Shown here piece by piece: positions 26,516-40,099 of a DNA stretch of 64,000 nt. The notes beneath the pieces are model-generated. The model searched no databases, was not told the origin of the DNA, and saw nothing but the letters and a program-made list of their open reading frames with translations. Location of the stretch: contig OZ024740.1 of the NCBI GenBank assembly GCA_964016885.1, forward strand, positions 94,798,001 to 94,862,000, given 5' to 3'. The position numbers were made by a program, and so were the translations under genes. Numbering within the stretch: position 1 is the first letter of the stretch; the number at the start of each line of letters is the position of its first letter. The stretch is from Eledone cirrhosa (Eukaryota).

Positions 26516-27219
26516 TAAAAATACGTTAATAAATATTCTTAATATATGACCAATGGTTCAATTCAGTATCTCCTTCTCCCAACCTATTTTGTTGCTCTGT
26601 ACTCTTCCTCCTCTTTCTTGTTCTCGCTTTCACCCTATCACATTCTCTTACGCTCTCTCTCTGCTAGCCATCTCTTTTTTTCCCTCGCCTGATCCTCTAG
26701 CAATCTCTTTTCTTACATTTCCAGAGGCATGCCGTGTCTTTTTTATTGTCCGCACAACCTCAAAATTATGTTCAGTAATTGTCGTTCATTTTAATTTTCT
26801 CTCTTGGGTTGCTCACACACTCTTCGTTTTGTCGTTTCCCCTTTGTTTTCTCTCTTTTTCTCTGTTCTCTTGTCTTCCCTTTTCCCTTCTGTTATCCTAT
26901 TTTTTTTTTCTATACCTCCTTTCTTAACCTAATAACTTACCTTAGTTATTGAACGCACTGGGGTGAGATATCTCGTCTTTAATGCGTTGAAATATCCAAG
27001 AACACCAGCAGACAACTGGTGAAGGAAAACTATATATATATATACAAGAAAGTTTCGCACTACATGGGGGAATACAATAAATGTAATCTGAGCTTTTCGA
27101 ATATTAATAATAACATTAGTTTCGTTTGCAATTATGCAAACAAGCCTCAATGTTATAGCCATGTCAGTAGAATGAACACTTTATTGTTGCTCTTGAATTG
27201 GCATGCGAACAGAACAGTT

Positions 27220-27844
27220 TTAAATATATATAACATTCGTGGTGAAATCTACCCTTGTAATTTTAGACGCAGAATTTCCTGTGTTTACTTCTACACATAT
27301 TAATATTATAATGCTCAGTATTTATACTTTGAGTTTGTTAATTGCAGGGTATCAATATGAGTTAATAACTCTATATTTTATTTGTATTTCGGCTGCTTAT
27401 CTTTTCAGCTTATAAAAATGAGTGTAAATGGGCTATTATTTCTAGCATAACCACTCGCACCACGTATGACTTTCAACGCACGAGGAATATACTTCTGTGA
27501 GTTTCTTGTTATAGGTGTTCGGTATCATTTAATCTCATCTCTCGCTGACGAAATGCCTAAGGATTATTTTTACAAACAGTTTTTTCAGGGCGAAACAGAT
27601 TAAATATTTAGTCAGTCAGAGAGATGAATTCGTTATTGATACGATATGTATAAGAAATATTGTACAATGCTGTATGCTTCAGTTTAAATATATATAACAT
27701 TTGTGGTGAAATCTACTCTCGTAAGTTTAGACGCAGAATGTACTGTTTACTTCTACACATATTAATATTATAATGCTCAGTATTTATACTTCGAGCTTGT
27801 TAATTGCAGGTTATCAATATGAGTTAACAACTCTATATTTTATT

Positions 27845-27848
<4 letters not shown>
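27220..27848 (+). repeat. ~465-bp unit with a ~165-bp terminal direct repeat and an internal hammerhead
   Basis: 27220-27388 is repeated at 27685-27848. Ends in (AT)n. Confidence 0.8.
27535..27627 (+). ncRNA. Type I hammerhead ribozyme with near-palindromic stem III
   Basis: tcatctctcg CTGACGA aatgcct...cagggc GAAA cagattaaatatttagtcag TC agagagatga. Stem I is tcatctctc/gagagatga and the cleavage triplet is GUC. Confidence 0.78.
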
Positions 27849-27903
<55 letters not shown>

Positions 27904-28243
27904 ATGTATCTATTTATATATATACATATAGTGTGTGTGTGCGTGTGATTGTAGGCACCTGTCTATTTTTGTGACCAGCCATTGTTTGTTTGGAATAAAT
28001 GAACCTGCATTACTAGGAGTGCGTCTTAATTTGTCTATAGGTACTTGCCTTGAATTTGTTTCTGCCTTCGTTTCTCTAAATACAGTTTTTAAAGAATCAG
28101 TTTTCTGCAAATCCATCAACCAATGGCCTCCACCGATCCCAATCTCCAACCTCTCCTACCATCAGAAAATGTATAAATGCCACCGTATTACTGGGGCATT
28201 TGGCTTCCTGATGATTTCTCCCGAATGAAACAGTTCTGCTCCT

Positions 28244-28398
<155 letters not shown>

Positions 28399-28663
28399 GA
28401 AGTTAGATTTAAATTGTTGGGATACAACAAGCAAATATTTTTATAACTGATATAAGGCACTCAAAAAATTATTGGAAACTATAAAAAATGGAAACTATAT
28501 TTATAAAACCATATTTATTTCATTATACATATTTCAAGGACAAAAAGTCAAATTATGGTGCGCTTACATCAGATAAAATATAATATAGATAAATATAATA
28601 TAATATAAAATATAATATAGATAAATATGATACAATATAAAATATAATATAGATAAATATAAT

Positions 28664-28842
28664 TGTTTCTACTTTAGGAACAAGGCCAGCAATTACCCAG
28701 TGCATTACTGGTACTTTATTTTATCGACCTCGTAAGGATGCAAGGCAAAGTCAACCTCGGCGAGATTTGAACTCATATCGTAAAGGGACGTAACTATGCT
28801 GGAAATCATGGCGTCCGCCCCTCTACCGATACTGCCAATCCA
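28664..28842 (-). mobile_element. tRNA-derived SINE inserted in the left arm
   Basis: Minus-strand A-box-like tggcagtatcggt and B-box gagttcaaatc. Flanked by repeated aaatataatatagat (possible target-site duplication). Confidence 0.85.
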
Positions 28843-29298
28843 CAAATATAATATAGATCAGTTTTATAAATAAATATTGACATACCCTTAAAGAATGCGA
28901 CCATGCGATCAAAGTAGATTTAAAATAAGCCGTTGGAGTATGGAAAAAGGGAAATAAAAGAAAAAGAGAAAAAAGAGAAAAAAGAGCAAACACGAAGAGG
29001 AAAATAAGAAAACAAGAGAAAGAGAAAGAGAAGAAAAACGAAAGAGAAGGTGAAAGAGAGAGAGAGAAAGAGAAAGCCCTAAGTGAATGGTTTTTGTATT
29101 AGCGAAAATTTTAAGATGAAGTGAAAAAATAAATATTTATTGGATTTTTAAATCTACTGTGATTTTAAAATACCTGACACTAATTTCCATGATAGACTAA
29201 ATAAATTTAATAACCCCATTATCCGGGAGTTTCCAAAATAAATGGTCGCATTATTTAAGTGTATGTCAATATGTATTTATAAAACTAATCTACATTAT

Positions 29299-29361
29299 AT
29301 TTTATCTGATGAAAGTGCACCAAAATTTGACTTGGTGTCCTTGAAATATGTATAATGAAAT
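29299..29361 (+). ncRNA. Minimal type I hammerhead ribozyme
   Basis: attttat CTGATGA aag tg cacca aaatttgact tggtg tc ctt GAAA tatgta TA atgaaat. Confidence 0.82.
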
Positions 29362-29403
29362 AAATATGGTTTTATAAATATAGTTTCCATTTGTTAATAT
29401 ATC

Positions 29404-29444
<41 letters not shown>

Positions 29445-29744
29445 TGTGTGTGTGTGTGTGTGTATAAACAGTTAAATAGAAATATCACAGTACATGGAAG
29501 AAATTTATTTACCGTCGTCGTTTTTGCCGCCAGATATCCTTACGACATGGTAAATCTGAAATTTTCCGATCAAGACACGATCTAATCGTATAGTATTCCT
29601 TTTCTTGGAATGGAAACAAAGAATGATAATAATAAAAAAAAAATTATAATTCATTCACCTGGACCCTCATATCATATGCGATAAATTTGTCATGTATTAA
29701 ATTATTTCTTTTAATACTATCAGCAAAATACTTTTTATTAATCT

Positions 29745-29960
29745 TAGGGAGGTGGATTGGTAGTATCGTTTTAGCCTCGGATAATATACTTTCCGGCATA
29801 CAGTTACGGCTCTTTATGTTCTGAGATTTATTCTCGCCGTGGTTAGCGTTACATTTCATCCTTACGGGATGAATACAATATATAGTACCAGAAACGCGTT
29901 TGGGTTGATTCAATTGACTCCCCACCACCACACATTGTTAGCCTCTGTTTAAATCAGAAA
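29745..29960 (+). mobile_element. Degenerate tRNA-derived SINE
   Basis: ggattggtagtatcg head and tttcatccttacggga...agtaccag body. Confidence 0.65.
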
Positions 29961-30126
29961 TCATATATTAGAATTATGAATTTAAAATATTGATTTTGAC
30001 CGATTATTTAATTTGTTTAAATTGTTATTTTCAAATTATTTGTAAATTCATATTGTTTGAGCTTACATCATTTAGATATTAATCAATGCAGTTTGTTGAA
30101 TATTTTTCTGAATATTTTATTATTAA

Positions 30127-31072
30127 CTAGCAGTAAAGCCCGGCGTTGCTCGTGGTCGCTCAGTAGCTGTGTTAAAGTTACAATGTTAAGTTTCTTTCTT
30201 GGCTTAAAAACTGTAGTGTCTACTGTGCAGACTTGCATGTGATGTTTTTTATTAATATTCTCTCAACCAACAATATGCCTTATGAAGTTAAGAAAACATA
30301 ACGATAACCCGAATGTTATAACAAAAGAGGCTGCTGGGGATAGAAACTGCACTGGTTATTTATTAACAAAGATCGAAAATGTAAACACTGCAACGCAGAG
30401 AAAAACATTAGCGTAACCAAATTATCAGTTATGTCTGTCTGCACGCCTATATCACCTCTCTGCACGACTGTCTGTCTGCACGCCTATATCACCTCTCTGC
30501 ACGACTGTCTGTCTGCACGCCTATATCACCTCTCTGCACGACTGTCTGTCTGCACGCCTATATCACCTCTCTGCACGACTGTCTGTCTGCACGCGTATAT
30601 CACCTCTCTGCACGACTGTCAGTCTGCACGACTGTCTGTCTGCACGCCTAACGACGAAATATTTGCTTGTTTTACGTAGTCTTTAAATAGACTTGTTTTC
30701 AAGTAAAAATATTGTTTTAAAATGCTTTTAAATGGAAATGAAGCAAAACGGAAGCTTAGTGTTCAACTGTTCGTGTATTGTGTTAATGTCATTTTAAACG
30801 CTGAGAAAGCCAGCGTATTTTTTTACGTAAGACGCTCAATGTAAACAGAACAAAGGGAAATAACTGATAACTTACGCTCAAAAATCGATACATTATATTC
30901 GATTTCGTCACATAGGGTGGGTCAATTTGAAATATTTTTTTTCCGATGTCTTCGCTAGGGCTCAATGTACAAGTATAGCAATTTCGGTGCAATTCCGTGA
31001 GAGATTCTAAGAGGAGATGTGTGCCAAAAATCGATAGACAGACAGACAACCACAGTTTTATATATATATAGA
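30127..31072 (-). mobile_element. Non-autonomous Helitron-like element
   Basis: Minus strand begins A|TCtatatatatataaaa with (GTCT)n and ends ccacgagcaacgccgggc...CTAG|T. These are canonical TC...CTAG termini between A and T. Confidence 0.8.
30432..30649 (+). repeat. 37-bp minisatellite (~5.5 copies) inside the Helitron
   Basis: Unit tgtctgtctgcacgcctatatcacctctctgcacgac. Confidence 0.95.
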
Positions 31073-32434
31073 TTATTGTATTTCAATTTCGTGCACGATT
31101 CACTAATCTTTTATTTAATTTTCCTTTCTAATTTATAAATTTATTATCGTCGAATCCAAATCACAAACATTTTCAGATATCTCAAGCGATGGATATCTGC
31201 TGTACAGTGTGATATAAAAACCAAGTGATGTACTATTTTATATTAGTAGCTGTCAAGAAATCAGGATGATTTAAAGCATTTGAAATATGCGGATTAAGAT
31301 TTTCATTCGTCTCACAAATCCCCGTATATACATCATCTAGACAAGCTCAATCTTCGAGATAATATAATCCTCATGGAGACATTTAAGTTTCGGAACTGAT
31401 TTACAAGCAACCTATTAGTTATAGTTCGTCTGGAGAAGATGTATTGATAGTGTGAAGTGGACACCGCCAGATTCTACTGGACAGGAAAATGAAACCATGT
31501 TCCGCGATATGATCGAACTCTTCAGAGTTATAATACTCATTAGCGGATAGTGTAAATGCTCTGTTGAAAGCGCTATCTACTATGGAGTTAAGCATTGCCG
31601 AGGAGGGAGTTAAAATATATATTCACGTACCGGAGAAACTCATTCGGTTTGGGAAAATGTCGGTGCAAACCGGTGTCAAACTGAACGGTCATATTGAAGA
31701 AATAATCCGACACAGTATTGCGGTTGAATTATAATGCCATTTACTTATTCAATGACAGGAGTTTCTTTTTACAACTTCTGCGGCAATTAGGAAACGAGTG
31801 ACTTGAATACAATGTAATATCAAAGCTGAGTTTGCCCTCGGAAACTATGAATATTTTCATCTGCTTTTATCATGTCGACATCACCTTCCATGTTGTTCGA
31901 GCTAACCATAGCCGCAATTAGAGCATGTATATAAGTATAAGGGAGATGAATGCTTATTTGTTGAAAATATCAAATCAGATGCCCCCGGCGTCCTGTGTCT
32001 TGTCAAGGAATGTGAACTAATTAATTAGCTCTTTTAAGTAGACGTTCGACCGCAAACTACATGTTTATGGTAGTGGTTCAGTGGTACAATTGTATCATGT
32101 GGTCTTGAAGGAAGATGTCCACAAGCCATTAACAAATTAAGAATTGTTTGTGCGAATAAACAAAGAAGTATGCATTCAGAATTCACATTAAGCAGCCAAA
32201 ATATTTCTTATATATTAATAAAAGATTACTTAAGCTAAAAATAGAATAATATTACAAACACTTAGAAAAGTAATAATAAATGTGTGTCAACTCTGCTGAA
32301 CTGAACAAAATGGGAGGCCGGTCCTACTACACCGGTAAATACTTCGGGGAAACAATCTGTGTAACGTGTATAGTTAAGCAATAAAAAATCATTTGGAAGC
32401 GGAACTAGTATATCTTACAACATATCTATATATT

Positions 32435-32532
<98 letters not shown>

Positions 32533-32653
32533 GGAGGTGAGTTTTATTCTAGTACGATAAAGCAATGCAGATATCGGATAAGAAGCACTCTACAGTTTGT
32601 AGGACTGGAGTATACATAATATATAAGAACAAAAGATGGTTAAAGGAGTTCCA

Positions 32654-32726
32654 TGTATTTTATTATGCGCATTTCAAAAACAAATATCATCATGCAATAA
32701 TATTTGTGTTTTCATCAGATAAAACA
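32654..32726 (-). ncRNA. Hammerhead ribozyme, inverted copy
   Basis: Reverse complement of 36227-36299 with the core intact. Confidence 0.82.
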
Positions 32727-33471
32727 GGAGGACATGATATGAAGGCTAAAAAACACTTGTGGATAGTTCAGTTTTAAATCAACATATGAGAAGTAGTTTT
32801 AGATTGATGTGTGATATTGGGAAAAATATTTTATTTAGAGGGGGTGGTGGAAAGGATGAAAAAAAGGGGAGGAGATGAGAGTGAGGGTGGAGAGGGAGGA
32901 GTATAATGAGGAAGGATGAGAAAGGAGGAGAAATGGGTGATAGAGAGAGAGAGATAGTTTTTATAACTGAGAAAGATATATTGTTTTACATAGAGAGGTT
33001 GAAAACCGTTGGAAGATAATGTATAAATTAAAAGAATTTGAAAATTAACGAAGGGAAAAATATGTGCGAAGAAGGAGAGGGAGTTAATATGTATTGAGAA
33101 TAATGAGTTTGATGATAGAGAGAAGAGAATAATGAATTGCGGATGAATATTCTAACGTCAAAAAAAATGTATGTTTACGAAGGATTTTTATAAGGTGATA
33201 TAGAGTAAGAATGTGTTGTATTATGTAATAATTGATTCTAAAGGAAGTTAGGAAAAAATATCGTAAAACCAACCATGAAAATTTAGAATGCATAAACCTT
33301 GAAGCCTCTGAGATTATGTCAAAACTTGGCATTGAAAAATAGACCGAAACATTCCTCCCAAGAACTCCGAGGATAAATCTCAAGGATCACAAAAACAATT
33401 TTCGCACTGAACTACCTGTTAGATTAATCGCTCCCTCTATATCTGATCTGGGGGTTGTTAGTAAAGCCATA

Positions 33472-35004
33472 TTGGATAGAATTATCCCACAGGTTCGTTC
33501 TAATTGCTCTTCTTTGAACCTAAATTTATGGTTTGGTACTTCTGAAGTGATTAGCTGGTTCAACAAATTGAATAATAAAAACAAATTAAAATTTATTCAA
33601 TTTGATATTGCCAGCTACTATTCCTCCATTTCGCCTTCACTTCTCAATAATGCTCTATCTTTCGCACTTAAATATTCTGACATCACCACAGATGAACTTC
33701 GCATCATTCTCACCGCACGTAAAACCATCCTAGAGTTCAACAACGAATATTGGACCAGAGCCGATACCTCTAACAACTTCGACATCACAATGGGAGCATC
33801 CGATTCATCCCAATTGACTGATTTAATTGGTATCTTTATTTTGAACTCTTTGAGTCGGAAAATTCCTCAACTTCGCGGTGGAATTTATCGTGACGATGGA
33901 CTCTTTACTATCTTAAATTGCAATATAGTTACCCTTAATATCATTAAGAACAATATACGTAATCTCTTTAACCAACATAACCTAAAAATTGAATTTGATA
34001 ACAGTATCAAACTAGCTAATTTCTTGGATGTATCTCTTAATCTTGACACTAGCCTATATTACCCTTACCATAAAAACAATGAGAACCTAAATTATGTTAA
34101 CTTCAAATCTAACCATCCTACTAATATCAAGAATGCTATAGTTAGTAATATTGGAAAAAGAATATCTAACCTATCTTCTAATAAAAACATCTTTGATGCT
34201 AACGCCAATTACTATAATAACGCACTTTCTAAAGCCGGCTATCCTGATAAAATCAAATATAATAAAGAAACAAATTCTAGACGAACTTACAGTAGAATAA
34301 TTAATCATGATCATTCCAATAACTTTAATAAAAGACCTAGATACAAACACATAATCAGGTATAATGCTCCTTTCTCCATCTCTATTAATAACAATATTCC
34401 TAAATTATTATTTAGTGCCTTAAATAAATGCTTCCCTCCCTCACATATCTATAGTAACATATTTAACAAACACACCATAAAATGTTCTTATTCTACATCC
34501 TCCAATATTTCCAACATTATCTCTAAAGACAACAATAAAATACTAAATACTAAATATCTTCCTTCCAACACTGAATTTCATAATAATAGTAATATTACTC
34601 CCGACGTCATTGTAAACCCTAGGCTAATTTCTGCAAACCCAAATACAACGTCAAACACAACGTCGCTAAATGTTCATAATCCAACTCTAAATCAAGAAAC
34701 TATTATTCCTATCGCAAACAACTTCTCCAATCCAATTCCTTCTATAGATAACACTAGGTCACTCACTAATAATCTCTCTAATTGCAATAGCAATTGCCCT
34801 ATTAAAAATAAATGTCCTCTCAACAACCATTGTCTTGATAAAAACTTAATTTATGAATGTAAAGTTATAACTGACACCAATTCCTTCACCTATTTTGGCC
34901 CACTTCCACCTCTTTTAAAGCTCGTCTCTATAATCATCATTCATCTTTTAAATACAAACTTAAAAGAACCAACACGGCTCTCTCAGAACTCATATGGTCA
35001 TTGA
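33472..35004 (+). pseudogene. PLE reverse transcriptase plus start of GIY-YIG (frameshift near 34895; homology extends ~33290-35210)
   Basis: QFDIASYYSSI, FDITMGASD, IYRDDGL, NFLDVSL, SNHP, CNSNC...CPLNNHC...LIYECKV...TYFG. Confidence 0.92.
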
Positions 35005-36226
35005 AAGACAAAAACATTAAATATATATTTTGGAAGAAGGTTTCTTCCTCATCTGCATACTTTAACAGTTCTCTATCTAAAATCTGCAATCTCTGCCTAA
35101 ATTAAAAATTTACCATTATCACTAATCTAGATTCTATAATAAATAGACACACTGACTTGTTTTCTATCTGCTTGCATAAATTCCATAAAACATTTCACAA
35201 AGTATACAGCTAATATTCAATTCTTTATCAATTTAGAATCTTTTTCTCAAAGGCACATATACATACACCTCTTTTAAAAATATACCCATCTTTCTACCTT
35301 ATTTCAAAGGTTATTATACATTCTATAATACTTGTTTACTCATTACCCTTACTCTATATCACCTTGTAAAATCCTTCGTAAACATATACATTTGCTTTGA
35401 CGCTAGATTATTCATCCTTAATTCATTATTTTTTTCTCCCTATCATCTAACTCATTCTCAATACATATTAACATTTTCTTTTTCTTCGCACATATTATCA
35501 ATTCCTTCAATATACAAACCTTAACTTCACATTATTTTTCTCAAATCCTTCAATATACAAACCTTAACTTTACATTTTTTTTTCTCTTCGTTAATTTTCA
35601 AATTTCCATAATACTTGTTGACTCTTTCTACACCACCCATATTTATCACTTCCTTTTCCTCTCTTCTAATATCTAACCCCTTATCTGTACCTTTTCTCAC
35701 TCTTGCCTAACATAGAATCAATTATTACATAATACAACACATTCTTACTCTATATCACCTTATAAAAATCCTTCGTAAACATATACATTTTTTCTGACGT
35801 TAGAATATTCATCCGCAATTCATTATTCTCTTCTCTCTATCATCAAACTCATTATTCTCAATACATATTAACTCCCTCTCCTTCTTCGCACATATTTTTC
35901 CCTTCGTTAATTTTCAAAGTCTTTTAATTAATACATTATCTTCCAACGGTTTTCAACCTCTCTATGTAAAACAATATATCTTTCTCAGTTATAAAAACTA
36001 TCTCTCTCTCTCTATCACCCGTCTCTCCTCCTATCTCATCCTTCCTCATTATACTCCTCCCTCTCCACCCTCACTCTCATCTCCTCCTCTTGTTTTCATC
36101 CTCCCCCCCTCCTCTAAATAAAAATATTTTCCCCAATATCACACATCAATCTAAAGCTACTTCTCGTATGTTGATTTAAGACTGAACTATCCACAAGTGT
36201 CTTTTAGCCTTCATATCATGTCCTCC

Positions 36227-36299
36227 TGTTTTATCTGATGAAAACACAAATATTATTGTATGATGATATTTGTTTTTGAAATGCGCATAATAAAATACA
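36227..36299 (+). ncRNA. Minimal type I hammerhead ribozyme in the PLE terminal repeat
   Basis: tgttttat CTGATGA aaacacaaatat...atatttgttttt GAAA tgcgca TA ataaaataca. Palindromic stem III TGCGCA. Confidence 0.88.
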
Positions 36300-36589
36300 T
36301 GGAACTCCTTTAACGATCTTGTGTTCTTATATATTATATATATATATATATATATACATGTGTGTGTGTGTGTGTGTGGGTGGGTGGGTGTGTGTGTGTG
36401 TGTCTCTGTGTGTGTGTGTGTGTGTCACTGTCCATGTCGGGTAAAATTACCTCAACATTGGCTAGAAGTGTGTTGGCCTGGAGACGTAAGAGGAAGAAAC
36501 AAATAGAGGAAGGAAATGAAGGAAACCAGATCACGCACACATTATTTACCGACCGACTGTGATTTCGCACCATGCTAAATGTGAAGACT

Positions 36590-36897
<308 letters not shown>

Positions 36898-37019
36898 TTC
36901 ACGAACAATGCTTTACGTTTTTTCTTTTCCTCGTATTGTCATTCTATAAACTTTTTATCTATCAATTTATGAAATCATGAACATGCCTTAAGGCATGTTG
37001 ATATTTTTTGTTCCCCGGT

Positions 37020-39000
37020 TCTAAGTGTCATTTACTGGTTTGTTATATCCCATTAATATAAAAAAATACCATACCCGAAGAGGATTTGTGCTCCCCTGCT
37101 TGATTAGGTCGGTTGAAAGTGACAACAGCTTCATAAACTACAGCGTCAGTGCTGCATTGTTGTTGAAGGGGACAAGCTTCGGTCTTACGGCAAGGCGGGA
37201 TGTTGCTCTAAGAGCTGTTGGTGATGTGGGACATCATGTTCTTAGCGCAGGAGTATCCTAGTTTTACTTTTTGTCGGTTAAAGATGGAGCGGTATTTATG
37301 ACTTCTGCGAGAGTGTCTATCTAAGAGGACTCGAACTTTGTTTGCCTACATTGGTTTTAATGTTGAGTGAGAAGGGAGGAGAGAACCAGATCGTTTGTTT
37401 ATTGTTACCCTTTGTTTTCTTGTTGCTGTTGTTGTTAGTGGGAGAGTATGTTGTAGGTTGCAAGAAGCCGCTGTTAGCTAATGCCGTGTTATAGTAGGGT
37501 GCCGCTCTGTCAAATATAGACTTATTAGAGGAGAGGTTTGAGATTCTAGTACTGATATTATTTACGAAATTTCTAAAAACAGTGGGTGGGTTGCATGAGT
37601 CCTTGTGAATGTAATTGAGTTTTTTATTAAGCTTATGGAAGGGTCTGTATGTGTGTATGCAAAGGTCTAAATTAATGTCAAATAAATATACGCTAGAGTG
37701 GTTGGTAGCTACTGTTATCCTAAGTCCTAACTCATTGAATGTGGAAGCTAAGCCTTTTTTAAACCGGTCGTGGTCGTGAACACTTTTATGGTTCGATAAG
37801 GTCAGTCCATCGTTGCGGTCTATTCCCGTGTGGAAATCCGGGAATCTAACACGTAATAACTCTAAAGTAAATAGGCCAACTAAGTCGCAAACGTTACCAC
37901 TGTCAAAGGATCCCATGGAGACGTCAAACAGGTCTGAAGTTGCTGACTTCTTTGCGCTGGCTACTCTTTTGTGGAAGAGGAGGTTTTTCCGGCAGTGAGC
38001 TATGATTTCCCTGTCCAAATCATGGATGCTAGTGTAAGTGGTAGCGAAGTTCAACGCCTTGCTTAACAGGGTCTCTGAGATTGACCCGTAAAAATTAACA
38101 ATGTCAAACTGTGTGAACTTCGCTTTTGGGATTTGAAGGAGTTAAACCATTTAATTACGGAGTCGCTGTCCTCCCACTGGGACAGGTTGGAATTGGTGCT
38201 AATGGTTTTAACTATGTTTCTAAGTATCGTCTTACTGACTAGTCCCATATCTGTGCGTGTCGGGTTTAGTAGTCTTCATGTGTGGTTAGAATTAAAGTAT
38301 ACCCTGTGATCTTTCAGGGTGAGGCACGCCTCCCACTTAACTAGAGATTGTAGCTTCTCATCTACCTTAAGGTCGGCGGCAAGTTCTTTAGCTTCTGTGT
38401 TAATATCGTGGTAGGCCATAGGGTTAGCTTTCTTATATTTGGAAGTAATAGCGTTATGCGCCAAGTGGCTGTAAGTGGTGTTGTCGACGTCGTAAATATT
38501 ATTAGTTTTGTCAGAAAGAACTAAAGTGTTATTAGAAGACCTCAATTTCTTAATATCGTTTCTAACTTTAGTTTCAAAAGTGGTAGGATGTTTGCGAAAA
38601 GAAATGTTAGCGACTACGTCAAGAAGGTCCGCCTCGAAAGTAACATGTTCAGTTACTTTAGGAGGGTAGGCTCTCGATTTGAGGTTGAAGGTGTTACCGG
38701 TGCCTGACATTTTGCCGTCAAATGCTTGGGGTCTCTATCGTAAGCGCCCGATGACTTATTCCGCTTTTTGTAGGGGAAGTTTTTGAAAAACATGGTTGGA
38801 GGGAGTCGGAATGTTCTGTGGACTATGTATTGATAAACGAATAAATATTCTATAGAGATTACGCAATAGCGATTGCCTAAACTTACACGCAATTTTGTAT
38901 TGGCTGAGTAAAGTGACCGTTTCTGCGCATGCGCGTACGTACAGTTGTCCTTCCTATTCCGTATCACCATGTGAGCAGAGGATCCGCTAAGGTGAAATAA
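37020..39000 (-). mobile_element. Decayed Penelope-like element (RT, frameshifted)
   Basis: SDKTNNIY, LTLKDH, FDVSMGSFDS..CDLVG, degenerate YRDDG (DRNDGL), YRPFHK and WFSPPFS in ORFs 38276-38710, 38063-38248 and 37317-38054. Confidence 0.88.
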
Positions 39001-39106
39001 TTGTTCTCGGTATGGTGAACCAACTGTCGTGTAACCACTTCTGCCTAACTCGTTCCTGGACTGATTGCTCTACCACTACGGATATTACCTTCCAGTGTTA
39101 TACCAC

Positions 39107-39380
<274 letters not shown>

Positions 39381-39382
39381 TT

Positions 39383-40075
39383 TCGTTTCTGAATTTGTTT
39401 AGCAAGATTCTTTATCTGAAAACGTGTGTTGAAACCGTTATTGTTATACTTTGGGAGGGTCATGTTGCCAATAAGAAACACACGCACTAGTTGCTTTCAC
39501 TTCAATTGATTATAATAAATTTATAAATTTAGGAATTTATAAATTTCCGCTTGGTTGGTTGGTTCCACAACCATATGTTTGTTTATATATTATCAAAGTT
39601 ATTTCGTGACACATTATGTGACCTCTTCAGTGACTGGGGATTATTTTCTTTGTTTTTGTGCCTCTCCTTTGTTCTGTCCTACACCATCTTGTTTATGTGT
39701 GTGTGTTGTGTGCTCAGTCTGCGCCTGCGCCACATCCGGGTGTCTGTGTGTGTTTATATTCATTTATTTATTTGTTTATTTACATGTTACAGGTAGGTTG
39801 TTTGTTCTATGTGAGTGTGTGTTTTCATTGTGTCCTTAATTGTAAGTTGTGATGTTCCTGTTCCACTCATGTTTTCCATTTAATGTTGGTTGTAATTCTT
39901 TTATGTTTATTGCCTCTGTGATTTGTCTAAACATTGCATCTTTTCTGTGTGTAGATTCTATTTTTATTTCTATGTTTTCTAATTTACCCTTATGTTCTAT
40001 TTTAGCATGCTGGTGGAGTACAGATGATTCTTTACTATCTTGAAGGTCTCGCCAGTGTTCATAAATGAACACTGG
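39383..40075 (-). mobile_element. PLE 3' fragment (GIY-YIG C-terminus, UTR and HHR-like motif at ~39592-39635)
   Basis: EHWRD...SVLHQH...RQITEAINIKELQPTLN. Minus-strand gtca CTGAAGA ggtcacataatgtgtcac GAAA. Confidence 0.75.
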
Positions 40076-40099
40076 CGAGACCTTCAAACACTGGCGAGA

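Larger units (their letters stand above)
28488..29392. mobile_element. ORF-less fold-back element (PLE terminus) with opposed hammerheads
   Basis: 28488-28590 plus 28845-28905 are the reverse complement of 29240-29392. Purine-rich spacer. Confidence 0.75.
32530..36336 (+). mobile_element. Penelope-like element, 5'-truncated, with a ~620-bp inverted terminal duplication
   Basis: 32617-33240 is the reverse complement of 35713-36336. RT and GIY-YIG lie between the arms. (AT)n on both flanks. Confidence 0.92.

Noticed and set aside
28760-28842. tRNA gene
   Set aside because: A/B boxes are present but there is no cloverleaf. It is the head of a multi-copy SINE.
30432-30649. CRISPR-like periodicity
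   Set aside because: Contiguous 37-bp repeats with no unique spacers, no cas genes, and a eukaryotic context.
31330-32150. Possible decayed transposase or exon
   Set aside because: Slightly higher complexity, but no long ORF or motif that I can support.
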